Source: Malacoraja senta
Taxonomy: Eukaryota
Length of the DNA: 64,000 nt
Assembly: GCA_038087875.1 (NCBI GenBank)
Contig: CM076001.1
Location: forward strand, 436,001 to 500,000
Reading direction: 5' to 3'
The notes beneath the pieces were generated by a model. It ran no database searches and had not been told where the DNA came from. It saw only the letters and a list, made by a program, of their open reading frames with translations. Made by a program: the position numbers and the translations under genes. Shown here one piece after another: positions 26,301 through 37,967 of the stretch (positions are counted from its first letter, which is position 1; every line of letters begins with the position of its first letter).

Positions 26301-26770
26301 GATATTGAGCAAATTGAATTGATGTTCCTGCTATCAATTGTCCAAACAAACAATTCAGGAAGTAATTCCTGCGGACACCAAATAAAGGTACTATTCACAT
26401 TTGCTTCTAATTTCTGCAGACCATGGGAGGTGGGGGTAACAAAGCATGATATTGGAAACAAACACTACAAGTACAAAACTAACAAAGCATGACATTACTT
26501 GTCCAATAAGCCTCCACTAGTCCACGTCTGGGCAGTGATCATCTTCTACTCTGCAGGCTACAGATCTGATGCATGACCGCTGACATCTTATTGATGTCAG
26601 ATGTTGAATTTGGCTCTGGTTTCATACTGACTCTGAAAATCACAATGCCATCAAATATACATCTGCTTTGTGCTGGACAAATGTCTTCACCTTGAAGCTT
26701 TCATGCCCCTCTTCAGTCTCAACAACCCTCTGCTTGGAGAAAGCAAATGTCACCGATTAAATCATCCTAC

Positions 26771-26861
26771 CTGATATTCCTTCATCTTCCTTTGAAGAGT
26801 AGCAGTGAGTGATTGTTCATCCTCCAGTTTAGTGCTCACTGAATTTATCTCCAGTTCTTTC
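26771..26861 (-). CDS. MYH16: Myosin heavy chain rod exon C (91 nt, phase 2-0): KELEINSVSTKLEDEQSLTATLQRKMKEYQ
   Basis: Acceptor ccatcttaAG, donor GTAGGA. 91 nt is the conserved length of this MYH exon, and it completes the split AA|G Lys codon of exon B. Resembles recalled MYH16 RDLEINSVNSKYEDEQSLNSTLQRKLKEHQ. Confidence 0.9.
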
Positions 26862-26998
26862 CTTAAGATGGAACAAAATACATGTCACATGGAGGGCAAA
26901 GTTCCTAAAAGAATAAACAACATGAAAACATCTGGAAATTATATCCACATCTGTATGTAAAACAGCTCAGATGTGAAAGAACAAGATGCCTTTAAACA

Positions 26999-27545
26999 TA
27001 GACACAAAAAGCTGGAGTAACTCAGCAGGTCAGACAGCATCTCTGGAGAAAAGCAATAGCTAGATAGGGCTCTTAAAAATAGCGGAGTCAGGAGATATGG
27101 GGAGAAGGCAGGAACGGGGTACTGATTGGGGATGATCAGCCATGATCACATAGAATGGCGGAGCTGGCTCGAAGGGCTGAATGGCCTACTCCTGCACCTA
27201 TTGTCTATAATCTATTGTCTATTGTGATGTTTTAGTTCAAGACCCTTCTTCAGACTGTAGAGTCAGGGAAAAGGGAAACGATAGATATAGACGGTGATGT
27301 AGAGAGATATAGAACAAATGAATGAAAGATATGCAAAAAAATAATGATGTTAAAGGGAACAGGCCATTGTCATCTGTGTGTTAGGTGTGAATGAGTTACA
27401 GACAATGAGACTCAACAAGACGACAGTGAAGCTAGTACAATGACTTGGGTGGGGGAGGGATGGTGAGAGAGGGTGATGCAAGGGTTTACAAGTTAGAGAA
27501 ATCAATAGTCATACCGCTGGCTGTAAGCTGCACAAGCGAAATATG
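26999..27545 (-). mobile_element. PLE 3' fragment containing a CR1 3' tail (about 27058-27222, +)
   Basis: PLE family sequence resumes after the CR1 (ctattgt)n tail. Confidence 0.7.
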
Positions 27546-27589
27546 AACCTCTTTCACTTATAAATGGGCGTTTATCGGCACTGAAACTG

Positions 27590-28355
27590 TACTCGCTGGA
27601 GTTAGAAGAATGAGGGGGGACCTCATGGAAACACACAGAACAATGAAATGCTTAGATAGAGTGGATGTTGCCACTGGTTGGGAGTCTAGGACTAGAGGTT
27701 GTAGCCTTAGAAATAAAAGGACATTCATTTGAGAAGGAGATGAGGAGAAATTTCTTTAGTCAGAGGGTGGTGAATCTGTGAATTCTTTGCCACAAAAGGC
27801 TGTGGAGGCCAAGACAGTGGATATTTTTAAGGCAGAGATAGATAGATTCTTGATTAGAACAGGTGTCAGAGGCTATGGGGAAAGACAGGAGAATGGGGTT
27901 AGGAGGGAGAGATGGATCAGGCATGATTGAATGGTGGAGTAGACTTGATGGGCTGAATGATCTAATTCTACTGCTATCACTTATGACCTTAGGACTGGAC
28001 AAGCTAGATGCAGGAAAAATGTTCCCAATTGTTGGGCAAGTCCAGATCCAGGGGCCACAGTCCTTAGAATAAAGGGAAGGCCATTTAAGACTGAGGTGAG
28101 AAAAAACGTTTTCACCCAGAGAGTTGTGAATTTGTGGAATTCCCTGCCACAGAGGGCAGTGGAGGCCAAATCACTGGATGGATTTAAGAGAGAGTTAGAT
28201 AGAGCTCTAGGGGCCAGTAGAATCAAGGGATATGGGGAAAAGGCAGGCACGGGTTATGGATTGGGGACGATCAGCCATGATCACAATGAATGGGGGTGAT
28301 GGCTCGAAGGGCCGAATGGCCTCCTTCTGCACCTAATTTCTATGTTACTATGTTA
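27590..28355 (+). mobile_element. Two adjacent CR1 3' fragments
   Basis: QRVVNLWNSLPQ.AVEA twice, each followed by a 3' tail. Confidence 0.88.
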
Positions 28356-29450
28356 CTTATGTCCTCGTCAGATGCTGTTCCACCAATTTGCGTTTGGCCT
28401 CACTCTGACAATAGAGGAGGCCCAGGACAGAAAGGTTAGTGTGGGAATGGGAAGGGGAATTAAACTGTTTGGCAACCGGGAGATCTGGTAGGTTCAGACA
28501 GAATGAGCAGACCTTTAACCATAGTACGCTTTCAACAAGACTAAGTACTCACAGTTCACCAATGCCACATCCAGCCAGGGAAATATTAAGTGAATAATGT
28601 TCGAAAGGCAATTTACCTTACATTTGATATGTTAAATCAAGAAAGGGAGATTAAATAGATAGCTAACATTTTGGGTCCGGACCTGAAGAAGGGTCCTGAC
28701 CCAAACATCACCTATCCATGTCCTCCAAAGATGTTGCAAAGTTACTCCAGAACTTTGTGTTCTACTGAAAATTCCAGCATGGGCAGCTCCTTATGTCTCA
28801 AGGGAAATTAAATGCTTCAAAATTGCACCAGTGCTTTCTGGAGTAACACCAGATGAGAGGAAATAACATTTCAGACCCATTGGCTTTTGTTTAGACTTAA
28901 TAAACTGAAAATACTCCAAAGTGCTGAAAACAAATTAATGAATGGATTATTCTTTCTTTTATTGGAATATTATTTTTATATATAACAGTAACTTTGGAAA
29001 ATGTTACTAAAAGGTTCAGCAGGATCAAAATATGTCCTTGGTCGATGGTCATGAACATGCAACATCAAAGATAATGGAACTGAATTTCAGACTGTTGTTA
29101 ATCTGTTATAAAAATAGAAAGTGCTGGAAATCCACAAAGGTTCATGCAGCAGCCGTGGAAAATGAAAAAGAGTTAAGAGGACTGAACTCTCCTGTCTTTT
29201 CCTCATAGCCTCTAACACCCGTACTAATCAAGAATCTATCTCTGGCTTAAAAATATTCACTGACTTGGGCTCCACAGCCATCAGAACTGTCAATCTGTGA
29301 ATTAGTGCGCATGATCATCAAAACAAATTCTACCCAAAGTGTCCATACCCTCTCAGGAAAAACTATCCACTGCAACTCACTACAAACCCACCGACCCCCA
29401 CAGCTACCTGAACTACACCTCTCCTAACCAGTCTCACATAACAAAGCCAT

Positions 29451-31568
29451 ATTGGTTAGTGCATGTGCACCAATCAGAGTAATGTACTGACACTAGCTGC
29501 ACCTTACTGTACACTTTATATTAACACTCACTTCCAATATTATGTAGTTACACCGGTGGTGGAGATGAACTAACAATGTATTCTACTGCACCACCATGAC
29601 TGATGATTAAAGCTGACTTTGAACACCAGACTGTGTCTGTACAGTTGTTTACATGGTGTCAGACTAGCCATTGCACCTATCTATCGGGTTTTATTTGCTT
29701 TTTATTACTTTTGCAAGCCAACCCAGCTCATCTTTGATGCAGACATAGGCAAGCGATGGAGGCTCTTTGAAATTGACTATGAGCACTACATCAATATCGT
29801 CCATCGCAACGATCCAGATGAAGTCAAGGCATCGCTATTGCTCAACCTGGCTGGACCCGAGGCTATGATCCACGCGCAAACCTTCACATTTGCGCCACCC
29901 GTGCTCGACGGTAACGGCCAGGTGGTGGTCCCAGCTGAGACGATGCGCAACCCTAATGTGCTGCTACGTAAATTCCGTGAGCTATGTGACCTGCCATCGA
30001 ACCGCATTCTGGAGAGAGCAAAGTTCTTTGCATGCCAACAGCATCCTGACGAACCTGTGGAACATTTCACTTGTGATTTGAAGTACATGGCCCTGAGATG
30101 TTGTTTTTGTGAGATAACAAATGAGTTAAAACGCGACAAAATCGTTAGCGGCATGTGCGATCGGAAGCTCAAAACAGAGCTAATACGAAATGCTGACCTG
30201 ACTCTTGAACAGGCTGTGCATGCCTGCCGTATGTCGGAGGTTGTAGCCCCACTGAGTGATCAGCTTGACACTCAGAAAAAGGATGTTAATCTGACTGGTT
30301 TCGTTAAACACATCGCGTCAGCTGCCACAAAAAGATTTGTGAATGAGCCACCGCAGAGGTGTGCTAACTGCAACTATTTCCATAATAGAGGTCGCCAGCT
30401 TTGCCCAGCAAACGGCAAATCATGCAACTACTGTAAGAAAATGAACCACATTGCCGCATGCTGTCGTGCTCGTGGGAACCCCAATGCAAATTTGTTAACA
30501 GCCAGGCATGTTAAAACTTTGCCAAACTTTGGAACTTTCAGCATGTTACCAGCAGCCCCGAATACCCTCAATCCAACGGCCTCGCTGTGCATGGAACGTT
30601 CGCATCTTGCCAATTCCGACATCTACCTGGATCTGCTAAACCTGAGAAACATTTCCAGGGATGGTGTTCTAGGCTCTCCCGCCCAGCGGCTGATGTCTCG
30701 CACGACACGGCCCCAGCTCCCATCGCCCAGCAACAGCTGAAAGCCGCAGGTGCTCAAACCAGCTGCTGTCCAGAAACGTATTCAGGAGAAACATGATGTC
30801 CAGAAGCACTCCTATGACAAGTCGAGCAAACCACTTAAACCGTTACTGCAAGTTCAAGTGGTTCGCCTACAGACTGCAGTTGGACATACCCGACTGGGTT
30901 TCGTTGAGGGGCCAGCCAAGGAACCTCGTGCCTACCTCGTCAACGTCTATGGTGTTCTGTAGCGGCGCAGCCGTCAACATCTTCTGCCTGTGAGCGAACC
31001 GCGACCATCTCCTCCCGGTCCTTACGCACCGCCGTTGGTTTTCAAGACACCTGCTGCTGTTGCCCGTCCCAGACCCCCTGACCCCAGCATGTATTCCCCG
31101 CGTCATTCGGTTCCCTCATCCCCCAGTGCCCCTAGCCCTGCATGCTCGCCCCCCCCCCGATCCTGCCCCTGCTCCCTGGCTGCGCTCTCCTTCTTCAGTT
31201 CTCCACCGCCCAGCCCTACTAACATTTCCGGAACGGAGGGGGAAGGGTTTGTCCGTAAGCGTTCGGGTTGGGTTAGTAGACCGCCCGACAGGTACGGTGA
31301 GTATGTTTAACTGCATGTGTTTTAACAACTGTTTAACAACTCTTTTCTCTACGGGGAAGGATGTAGATTGGTTAGTGCATGTGCACCAATCAGAGTAATG
31401 TACTAACACTAGCTCCACCTTACTGTACACTTTATATTAACACTCACTTCCATATTACATAGTTACACCAGTGGTAGAGATGAACTAACAACGTATTGTA
31501 CCGCACCACCATGGCTGATGATTAAGGCTGACTTTGAACACCAGACTGTGTCTGTACAGTTGTTTACA
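29451..31568 (+). mobile_element. Gypsy LTR retrotransposon, internally deleted
   Basis: LTRs 29451-29653 and 31362-31568 (3' LTR is TG...CA); PBS tggtgtcaga; PPT acggggaagga; gag with Cys/His knuckles; integrase C-terminus. Confidence 0.93.
29654..30740 (+). pseudogene. Gypsy gag fused in frame to the integrase C-terminal part
   Basis: ERAKFFACQQHPDEPVEHF, RDKIVSG, CANCNYFH..CPANGKSCNYCKKMNHIAACC, then LLNLRNI..SPAQRLMSRTTRPQLP; no protease, RT or RNase H motifs. Confidence 0.85.
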
Positions 31569-33052
31569 CTTTCCTCCCAACTTCTTGGTCTCCGCTACAT
31601 CTCCTCTCAATACGAGGCTATCCAATCCAGGACTTCAGGAATCAGCAAACGGGGCTTCTTCCCCCACCCCTTCCCACTGCTCTCTTCCCCCCTCTCCTCT
31701 CCTCCCTCCTCCACTCCTTCCCCCCTCCTCTCCTCTCCACCCCCCGCTCTCCACCCCCCTCCTCTCCTCCTCTCCGCTCCTCTCCACCCCACCTGCTCTC
31801 CACCCCCCTCCTCTCCTCCCTCCTCCACTCCTTCCCCCTCCTCTCCTCTCCATGCCTCTCCTCTCCATGCCCCTGCTCTCCACCCCCTCCTCTCCTCCCC
31901 CTCCTCCTCTCCACCCCCTACTCTCCTCCCCCCTCCCCCCTCCTCCCGCCTCTCCCCCTGTGGTTGATGGAACCCTCACCAGCATCTCCTCCATTTCCAC
32001 ACATTTGTTCTCACCTGCCTCCTCCTAGACAGAGCATGTTTCCCTGGTCCTCACCTTTCACCCTGCATCCACATCCACACTCCACATCCAGCCCATCATT
32101 GTTTGACTTCTCCAGTAGTTACAACTTGATCCAACCAACAGTCGCATCGTCCACTGCCACCCTTCCCTGCAGTGTTTATTCCCTCAGTGACTCCCTGGTT
32201 TGTCCATACCTCCTGACCCACCACTCTCCCCGCCAGGCATTTCCCCATGCAACTGTAGAAGGTGTATTACTTGACCCTGCACTGACCTCCTCATCTGCAT
32301 CTAGGGACCTAAGTGGCCCTTCCAGGCAAGGCAGACATTTACACATACCTCCTCCAACTTTGTCTAATGTATTTGGTGTTCTTGACGTGTCCTCTTCAAC
32401 ATGAGTGAGGCCAAGTGCAGACTAGAAACCTGCTTTGACGAGCACCTACGTTTTCTCAGTCATCTAGAGCTCCTAATTACACGCCATTCAAATTCCTCAT
32501 CCCACTCCAACCTGCCTGTCCTCCGCAGCCAGGGTGAGGTCAATCACAAACTAGAGCTACAGCAATTCATATCTACCCGAGTAGTCTACAACATAGAATT
32601 TTCCATTTTCAAATAATCCGTTGCTCTTTGTACCTTGGACTTTTTTCTCTCTCATTCTGATCTACCCAGATCTCTCACACACCTTTCCATCCAAATGCCA
32701 CCCCGGCCCCCTATCATCCAGCTTCTTTCCCCTTGCCCACCCACCATGTCCGCTCATCACTTAAGCCACTGGGTCCCTGTACCATCAGCCCTATGTTCCC
32801 ACCTGTCCAACATCCATCCCCTATTTGGTTCCACTCTTCCTTTCTTACTGGTTGTCTCCAATTACTTCATCCCAGAATATTTTGTGATCTCCACCCTTCA
32901 CCCATCCTTCCACTGCTTGACTCCACCTGAAAATAAACCCCTCCCCAACTGGATCCACTTATCACTCGCCAGCTCTTGACCCACTACTCCCCCTCATCTC
33001 TTTATACTAGCTATCTCTCATCTACCTTTCCATTCCAGATGAAGGGTCATGA

Positions 33053-33710
33053 CAACAGACAATAGGTGCAGGAATAGCCCATTTGGCCCTTTGAGCCAGC
33101 ATCGCCATTCAATGTGATCATGGCTGATCATCCCCAATCAGTACCCCTTTCCTGCCTTCTCCCCATATCCCCTCTCCACTATCTTTGAGAGCCCTATCTA
33201 GCTCTCCCTTGAAAGTATCCAGAGAACTGGCCTCCACCGCCCTCGGAGGCAGAGAATTACACAGACTCACAACTCTCTGTGAGAAAAAGTGTTTCCTCGT
33301 CTCCATTCTAAATGGCTTACCCCTTATTCTTAAACTATGGCCCCTGGTTCTGGACTCCCCCAACATCGGGAACATGTTTCCTGCCTCTAGCATGTCCAAA
33401 CCCTTAATAATCTTATGTTTCAATAAGATTCCCTCTCATCCTTCTAAACTCGAGTATACAAACCCAGCCGCTGTATTCTCTCAGCAAATGACAGTCCCGC
33501 CATCCCGGGAATTAACATTGTAAACCTACGCTGCACTCCCTCAATAGCAAGAATGTCCTTCCTCAAATTTGGGGACCAAAACTGCACACAATACTCCAGG
33601 TGTGGTCTCACTAGGGCCCTGTAAAACTGCCGAAGGACCTCTTTGCTCCTATACTCAAATCCTCTTGTTATGAAGGCCAACATGCCATTCGCTTTCTTCA
33701 CTGCCTCCTG
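33053..33710 (-). mobile_element. CR1 3' fragment
   Basis: KKANGMLAFITRGFEYRSKEV, RPHLEYCVQFW. Confidence 0.9.
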
Positions 33711-33964
33711 ACAGTTGACTTGAGATGTCAACTGCTTACAGATGTTGCCTAGCCCTTAGAGTTGCATCAGGTGGTTTGTTTTGTTTTGGTTCTAGATTCC
33801 AGCATCTGGAGTCTCTTGTAAGCCTCCTTCTCCAGGTTATTCTGCAGGACTGCTCTTGTTTACTTCCAGTTTTACCAGAATGTCTCTGCTTCCCTTCTCA
33901 GGTCTGCATATACATACCAGAAGATCCTTAAAGTTCCCTTATCAAGTCATTGCATAAGGTACCA

Positions 33965-34460
33965 TTTCAATGGCTGAAATGGAGATGGTCAAGGGCTTCA
34001 AGTCCCTAGGTGTAAATATCACCAACGATTTGCTGTGGACCGAACACGCTGGTGTGCTTTCTGGGCCAGACTATCAATGTCTCCACATCCTCAATGGACT
34101 AAGGAGGTTCAGCATGTCTTTAATGACTCTTATAGAGGTACCATGTCCTATCGGGACACATCATAACTTAGTTTGACAATGGTTCTGCCCAAAACCACAA
34201 GAATTTGCAGAGTTATGAATGTAGTCCAGTCCATCACACAGACCAGCCTTCCATCCCATCCTCTTTCCTCTCCATATAGTATTTGATTATAGAATCTTCA
34301 CCCTGCTTCAGGAAAGCAGCCAACGTATTTAAGGACCATTAACAAAAATCCCTCTGCTCCCCACTCCATTCAGGCAGAAGTTACAATAACCTGAAAGCAT
34401 GTACCACCAGATTCAGGAACATCTTCTTCCACTGTGTAATCAAACTTCTGAACAGACCCC
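33965..34460 (+). mobile_element. Rex1-type RT C-terminal fragment, decayed
   Basis: EMVKGFKSLGVNITNDLLWTEH..LRRFSMS. Confidence 0.7.
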
Positions 34461-34589
34461 TCACTGGAAGAGGAATTTCCAGCAAGTGAAAATAACATTA
34501 AAAAATATATATATTATCCTATTTATTGACAGCACTTTTGACAAAAGTTAAGTACTTACTTACATCAGACTGATGATACCTCCATACCA

Positions 34590-35330
34590 CCAGGGGCGCC
34601 GTACGATTGGCAGCCTCGCCAACAGTCTGTCTGTTTATTTGTCTTTTTTTGTCATTTTTAGTGTGTTTTAAAAGTTTGTGTAAATGTTCTCTGGTTTGTT
34701 TTATGTAGGGGAGCGGGAGGTGGTCGGGGGAAACTTTTTTTTTCAGTCTCTTACCTTGCCGGAGATGCGATTGGTTTTTGGGCCATATCTCCGGTCGCTC
34801 TGTGGCCTAACATCATGGAGCTGGAGGCCTCCTCGGGACTGCCTTTGAGCCCCACCGCGGAGCATGGACTTACCTTCTAGGCTGATCGCTTGCCTGGGAA
34901 CGCTCGCGGCCTGCGGATTTTACCATCAAGGGCTAGCAGTCTCGGGAGAGACCGAGTCGGGAAGCTCCAACGACGCAGAGGTTTGACCAGCACCGACACG
35001 GGATCCGATCGCCGGTGCGGGGGAGCCAGATTCCCCCCCCGATGCAAGAGCTGATCGCCCCAATGCGGAGGGCTTGACCTCCAGCCACGGAGTCAAGATC
35101 GTCCCGTCAACGAGTGTTCGAGGGAAGAGATTGAACATTTTTTTCGCCTTCCATCACAGTGAGGAATGTGGAGGAGTCACTGAGGTGGATGTTTATGTTA
35201 AAATATATTTTGTGTGTTCTGTTGCTTTTTATTTGTATGGCTGACTTGGCAAATGAAATTCCTCGTATGTTGCAAAACATACTTGGCTAATAAAGTATTA
35301 TTGCATTGTATTGTATTGTATTGTATTGTA
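34590..35330 (+). mobile_element. Non-autonomous non-LTR element, (ATTGT)n tail
   Basis: GC-rich head, T-rich tract, G-run, GC-rich body, ctaataaa plus pentamer tail; matches 25431-26165. Confidence 0.75.
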
Positions 35331-36070
35331 TGATCCAAAAACCCAGGACCTCATTTGGCAATTGAAGATACGCAAAGTCATTAAATATTTAATAGAAATG
35401 AACATTAGAATTTCAACCTACAGGTGACTTTATAAATGTGCGCTCAGATGGGTCTTCATCCAGCATCCCAGACAATTACCCACTCTCTGACCCAAACCTA
35501 CCTGATATTCCCATTGCTCCTTTCTATTTCTCAGTTTATCAAGTACATTTGACCATTATCAAGACTTCCTTGACACCATCACCCCAACCCACATTTCACT
35601 CTTGTTAAACTGGGAAAAGTAAGTAACAGAATTATGGGGCTGTCCCACTGTACGAGTTCACCCAAGAGTTCTCCCGAGTTTAAAAAAAATCAAACTCGTG
35701 GTAAGCACGTAGAATGAACGTAGCGGGTACGTCGGAGGTCGTGGATGTCTTGTGGCGGCTCGTAATGCTAACGGCAGGTACTCGGAAAACGTGGTAACTC
35801 GTGAAGATTTTTCAACATGTTGAAAAATGTCCATGAGTTAAATATACTCGGGATGGAAAAATTTGATACATTTTAACTCATAGTTATACCGTGGTAGCTC
35901 GTGAGTTTACCGTAGTAGCTCGTGGGTACTTGTAGCTCGGCAGCTGGACAGAGAAAAAAAAAAGGTGAGTGAAAAAAAAGGTGAGGTTGACATCAACACG
36001 TGACCTGGGTCTATCCAGGGCGTTTCCCCTCATTGCTGGAGAATCTTTTGGAGAAGAAGCTTGTCTAGAG

Positions 36071-36394
36071 ATGGCCCGCAGAAAAATCCAACGCAAGGGC
36101 AGAGCAGAACCATACCAAAAACCAGCCATGAAGGCTTTGATCACACAGGAGGAGGAGGAGAGGCAGGAGGAGATGCAACAGGAGGAGGCAACACTGCATG
36201 TGGGCTCCCTTCAGCAGGAGAACAGGGAGGTTGAAAATGTGCAGATCGCCTCCCTGGTGGCTGTGTCTGACACTGCCTCAGACGCGGATGCCCCATTGAG
36301 TAAGGGTGGATGGAGAAAAGTCAATCCCTTTTCCTTCAACAGGCAGCAAGAGGGAGACCTCGTAGAGTGGTATCAGGCAAATGAAATCCTCTAG
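36071..36394 (+). pseudogene. Harbinger DNA-binding (MADF/Myb-SANT-like) partner ORF, truncated
   Basis: Basic N-terminus MARRKIQRK, acidic stretch, then QEGDLVEWYQANEIL-stop-DK, where the TAG sits at the Tyr of the MADF-like LYD motif. Confidence 0.65.
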
Positions 36395-37549
36395 GATAAA
36401 TGCAGAGTCCACCAAGTCACCATCCTGCATGGCTGTCGCTGATCCTGCAGCTGCACCTCTCATGCGGATAAGGTTGTACAGAACACATGCTGCAAACACA
36501 ATAGTCTCGACATTCTTGGGCTCCTGTTCCATAGTTTTGACCAAGCATCGAAATCTGCTTGACAGGATGGCAAATGCATTTTCTACAACCCTCCTAGCCC
36601 TGGACAGCCTGTAATCATAGATCCTCTGGACCCTTGTCAAATGCCTGTATGGGTATGGCTTCATCAACCATGGCCTTAGTGTAAAGGCATCATCAGCAAC
36701 CATTGAATAAGAAATGTCCGGGTGGTCTTCTCCTGGCAGAGGTTCGGGATCAGGCATGCCTGCTGTTCCATTTCCCAGTTTCTGCCCAAGGGAGGTCTCT
36801 CTCCAGATCCTGCCATCGGCGACACTTCCAGGTGTGCCCACAACCACATACAGGAAGTTGTAGTTAGAATCCACCACAGCTAACAGTACAATAGAATGGA
36901 TTTTTTTGTAATTAAAATGATTTGAGCCACCATTGGGTGGACAAGGAATGGCCACATGCTTGCCATCCACAGCCCCACATGTGTGTGTACAGTTCCATCT
37001 GTTTTCAAACCCCAGCGCCACTCTCTTCCACGCATCTGATACACTGGGGCAGTCCATCACATCATCTGCATAAAAATTGATAATGGCCTCACAGGTCTCT
37101 CGGACAATCTTGCTGATGGTGTTGTGGGCAACAAGAAAGTTGTAGGTGAGACTCTTGTAAGAATCACCTGATGCCAAGTAGCGGAGGGTGGTGGCTAGGC
37201 ACAGGCCTGGTTCCAGTGCCTTTCTCAAAACTGTGTCGTTTTTTATCAGCAGAGGTCCCACGTTAGTCTTCAGCTCATTAAAGAGCTCAGGTGGTATTCT
37301 GATGAAGTTGTTAAATGCAGAGAGATCCTCTTCACACAGCACATTAAGCAGGTTGTCATACTGTCCAAACCGAGATCTCCTTTGAAAGAGGGGCATCACC
37401 CACTGAGACCTCTTCTTAATCTTCCTCTTCACTCTTTCCCTTCTGCCTTCATTGTACAAGCGTTCTTGCATCAGCGAAAGAGCTACTGCATACAGCACTC
37501 GTACAAAATACCATGCCATCGTGATCACCAGATGCCTTCTTGCACTCAT
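36278..37549 (-). CDS. Harbinger DDE transposase (423-aa open frame; C-terminus probably chimeric)
   Basis: TLRYLASG, GAVDGKHV, NYKKIHSIVLLAVVD, ADDAF..LMKPY, RLSRARRVVENAFAILSSRFR. Confidence 0.92.
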   Translation of the reverse strand: MSARRHLVITMAWYFVRVLYAVALSLMQERLYNEGRRERVKRKIKKRSQWVMPLFQRRSRFGQYDNLLNVLCEEDLSAFNNFIRIPPELFNELKTNVGPLLIKNDTVLRKALEPGLCLATTLRYLASGDSYKSLTYNFLVAHNTISKIVRETCEAIINFYADDVMDCPSVSDAWKRVALGFENRWNCTHTCGAVDGKHVAIPCPPNGGSNHFNYKKIHSIVLLAVVDSNYNFLYVVVGTPGSVADGRIWRETSLGQKLGNGTAGMPDPEPLPGEDHPDISYSMVADDAFTLRPWLMKPYPYRHLTRVQRIYDYRLSRARRVVENAFAILSSRFRCLVKTMEQEPKNVETIVFAACVLYNLIRMRGAAAGSATAMQDGDLVDSAFILEDFICLIPLYEVSLLLPVEGKGIDFSPSTLTQWGIRV

Positions 37550-37967
37550 GCTTCCGAATGAGTTAAATAAAACATGGGATGCTTTTTATAGTGGAAAAAA
37601 AACTGCACTACATAATTTTTATCGTGTGATCAATTTTCCACACGTTGGTAGTCGTTGTTGGTTCAAGAGTACCTCGGGAGAGGAACGTAGCAGATCGTAG
37701 AATGAGAAGTAAACGGCAAACTTAGACATACTCGTAGGAGCTCGTAGAAGCTCGTGAACATACTCGTGGAAGGTCGTAGAATACCACGAGTTTGAAAACA
37801 TTTTAAACTCGGGAGAGCTCTTGGGTGAACTCGCACAGTGGGACAGCCCCATTACCCTTAGTGGACAGCTTCAATACTGAACCACATTTGAAAGTAGTCA
37901 GAAGCAATTTAACTGGTCAGGTTTTAAGCTGCAAATGTAAAGGAGGAATGAGAATGTCAGGTAAGGA

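Larger units (their letters stand above)
29340..33050 (+). mobile_element. Decayed Penelope-like element interrupted by the Gypsy element and a C/T-rich low-complexity tract (about 31660-31960)
   Basis: HYKPTDPHSYLNYTS left of the LTR continues as SQLLGLRYISSQYEA right of it; decayed GIY-YIG region about 32320-32610. Confidence 0.75.
35635..37851. mobile_element. PIF/Harbinger DNA transposon, probable internal deletion
   Basis: About 50-bp TIRs tggggctgtcccactgt(a/g)cgagttcacccaagag(t/c)tctcccgagtttaaaa; TTA TSD at 35632-35634 and 37852-37854; two convergent ORFs. Confidence 0.95.

Noticed and set aside
31518..32028. Pro/Ser-rich and Gly/Glu-rich ORFs
   Set aside because: C/T low-complexity tract
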